Positions 61,600 to 64,000 of a stretch of DNA of 64,000 nucleotides are shown in pieces. A program made the translations under genes and the position numbers. The stretch is from Leucoraja erinacea. Lineage: Eukaryota. The stretch is taken from the NCBI RefSeq assembly GCF_028641065.1, contig NC_073391.1, forward strand, positions 23,994,001 through 24,058,000, read 5' to 3'. Below the pieces are notes generated by a model. The model was not told the DNA's origin. It saw only the letters and a list, made by a program, of their open reading frames with translations, and made no database searches. Position 1 is the first letter of the stretch, and each line of letters begins with the position of its first letter.

Positions 61600-63900
61600 T
61601 ATGTGGAGAGTTGGAAATTAAAATCAGGGGTCAAGTTGTACAAAGTTGCAAATCAGATGGCTTGAGACACAAGTTGTTTGAGAAAGGTGACTAACATTAG
61701 CAGAAGCACTGACAATTACCATTTCATTTGAAGGCATGGGAACCCAGTTTCAGACCATGAGATTGGATGGGGGATGCCATGCTAACAGTATGACATCTAC
61801 TGGCACTGGCAAGGGACATGGAAACGGTAAGGGTCATTCTAAAGCTGAGGGTAACTGTGAGTGTTTTAGATGTAGGATATTTTGATATTTTGGCAAATAT
61901 TCATGCTGTTCTGCCAGGGGTCAAATGTGCAGAAAATGTGGGGGAAAAAGACCATTTTGCAAAGAAGTGTTGAACCCTATGCAAACCAAAGAGAGATGAT
62001 GGAAAGACAAATAGATTTGGAGGAAGAAAGGGGCAGAGAGCATCAAGTCCAAATTTACGCCACGTTCATATGAATGTAAACGTGACGAGTGGATTCAGGA
62101 TATGCTTTTGTGAAAACAATAAGCAAAGGTGCCGGTGACTATTGGAGATGTAGAGATAGACATTATAGTAGACCCTGGAAGTGATAGCAATGTTTTTGAT
62201 AGAGCACTGTGGGCAGACTTGAAAATGGAAAGAGATAAATGCATTTCAAGGAAATGTGATAAGAAATTGTATCTGTAAAACTACTCCAAACTGTTGGATG
62301 TTTCAAGGCAGAGGACCAAGCAGGTGATAAGCACAATATATCTGAATGTGTGGTCATTGAGGTGAAAGGAGAGCCATTTGTGAGCCGAGAGACTGCCAAG
62401 GTAGTAGGTGTGCTACACATTGGGTGAGATGTGAGCTCACTGAAGTCATATACAGACTCAAATGAGGAGTTTGCCAGTGTTTGAAGGCATTGGGAAATTG
62501 CTTGATCGGCAAGTAAAACTCAAGATAGACCAAGATGTTAAGCAAGTAGTACAACCAATGAGACAAACTCCATTTGGATTAAGGGCGAATGAGCCAGATG
62601 GAGTGAAAAATCCAAAAAGACCAAGAAGCTGAGGGAGAGAAATACATGGACAAAGATGCATTTGTCACTTCTGCTTTTAAAAAGTGCGTGGAAAATTATA
62701 AATTTTAAAAAGAAGCTCCAGGAAAGAGCAGGAAAGAAAGAGCAAGAATGCAGAGAAGCAGAGCTGGAGACTTCTTTGGATGTAACTAAACAGAAAGACC
62801 TCAATGGTTTCTACCGATATTTTGTGAATTAACAAGTGGGTGAAGAGGTTATTCCAGGGTGCAGCATGCATGCAACCAAAGGCATTAAAGAAGAATTTGA
62901 TGATAATGACTGTAAAATTCCCAATGGTTTATCAGGGAACAAACCTGACCAATATCTAAATGCTTACAGTGACTTTGACACTGACAGCAATGATGAAACT
63001 TCAGCTGAACATGGCCAAAAGCAAATGTTTTCCATAACAAGATATTATGACGACAATTCAGACATAAATGGAGACAAAGCAAGAAGGTGCCAATACAGAA
63101 GACATGTTGAATCTTCCAGCAAGGAAAAGTCATCATCAACATGTGAGCCATGCGACCAGAGAGAGTGGAAGGCAAGAGTTATTCCAAAACTCATCTGGAT
63201 GCATAGAAAAGCAACAGAACTGGGGAAAATTCAAACCATAAGGAGCACAAATGTGCAAAGGAAAAGCACTAAGAAAAATATCATTCAAGAAAGGAAAAGG
63301 ACCGAGACAGATATTGGGGCAACGAAGAGAGAAAACGTAAGGAGATGAAATTGAAAGACCACATCAGTGGAAGGGTCAAGAGATCATAAGATTACAGAGA
63401 AAGGCATAAGGATAGAGATGAGCAAGAAGTGAGAGATCATGAAACAGAAAATAGAGGGGTATCAAAGCTCTTTGCAGACAGGAGACGAGGTGCCAAATCA
63501 TCTGATGTCACGCCAGGAGATGAGGTGCAGGTGAGAGGAGAAAGAATGGACACACTCTTCCTTTCCATAACCATACACTGATTTCCAGACAAGGAAATAA
63601 GGTGACACTCCAGTCAGCAGAAGGAGTCACATATGACAGAAACACAGCATATATGGAAAAGTCCAGCGATGCTGCAGACTGATGTTGAGACAATGAGGGA
63701 TCAGACCTGAGACTACCAACTTGATGAGCCAGGAATGCACCGGCTTGAGGTGGAGACTATACAAAATCAGAATTGAGATGATGAACTGGTGGAGCAGCAC
63801 GTGCCAGATCTGAATCCAGTATCAGAGTAGACAGCGGCAGAGGCCAGACCGAAGCATCAGAGAGGACCACCCAAGTGATACAAGGATTATGTGATGCTTT
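61600..63900 (+). mobile_element. Degenerate Gypsy internal region (gag, protease, start of RT, end of integrase)
   Basis: CRKCG(E)KDHFAKKC zinc knuckle at ~61928 (one frameshift), IIVDPGSDSNV protease motif at ~62160, QPMRQTPFGLR at ~62552, and RDEQEVRD..VTPGDEV..GVTYDRN..KDYV after 63415. Confidence 0.8.
62580..63420 (+). pseudogene. NSRP1: Processed NSRP1 (CCDC55) fragment inside the Gypsy element
   Basis: KIQKDQEAEGEKYMDKDAFVTSAFKK / KLQERA..LETSLDVTKQKDLNGFYRYFVN*QVGEEVIPGCS matches remembered NSRP1 (DKEAFVTSAYKKKLQERAEEE..LDVTKQKDLSGFYRHLLNQAVGEEEVPKCS); in-frame stops and frameshifts. Confidence 0.85.
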
Positions 63901-64000
63901 CACATGTGGAGGTGATGCATTATCAATGGAATGAACACCATATCCAGAATGGTGTTGGAATGTTCATTTCACAATGTGATGATGGGGAAATCTTTTTTGT

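Noticed and set aside
62675-62712. 18-bp insert flanked by a TTTTAAAAAG duplication
   Set aside because: Real but minor; most simply a small repair insertion in the pseudogene.
62836-63348. 170-aa ORF as a functional gene
   Set aside because: Part of the NSRP1 retrocopy, with an upstream in-frame stop and frameshifts.

Overview
Vertebrate (eukaryotic) genomic DNA, most likely from a cartilaginous fish such as a skate or ray, judged from the repeat content: CR1, L2, Rex1/Babar and Penelope retroelements plus tRNA-derived SINEs. The only host coding sequence is the last coding exon of ATRNL1 (5297-5421, +), followed by its 3' UTR. The remaining ~57 kb is repeat-rich and appears intergenic. It holds an intact tRNA-Glu(CTC), Gypsy fragments and LTRs, MITEs and DNA-transposon relics. 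Most ORFs in the track are spurious or are transposon debris. The best leads are: (1) a ~140-bp retroelement whose 5' end is a minimal HDV/CPEB3-like ribozyme fold (23409-23548, -), inserted into a Penelope-type palindrome that itself carries a hammerhead-like motif; (2) an LTR joined to 33 nt of tRNA-Leu with a mismatch at the m1A58 position, which looks like a captured reverse-transcription intermediate; (3) a tRNA-Glu plus SINE tandem apparently inserted as one unit; (4) an NSRP1 retrocopy fragment inside a Gypsy element; (5) GC-rich non-autonomous elements with covarying stem-loops. Repeat boundaries were read by eye and are approximate unless a TSD or terminus is quoted. Family names are from recognition, not from database searches.
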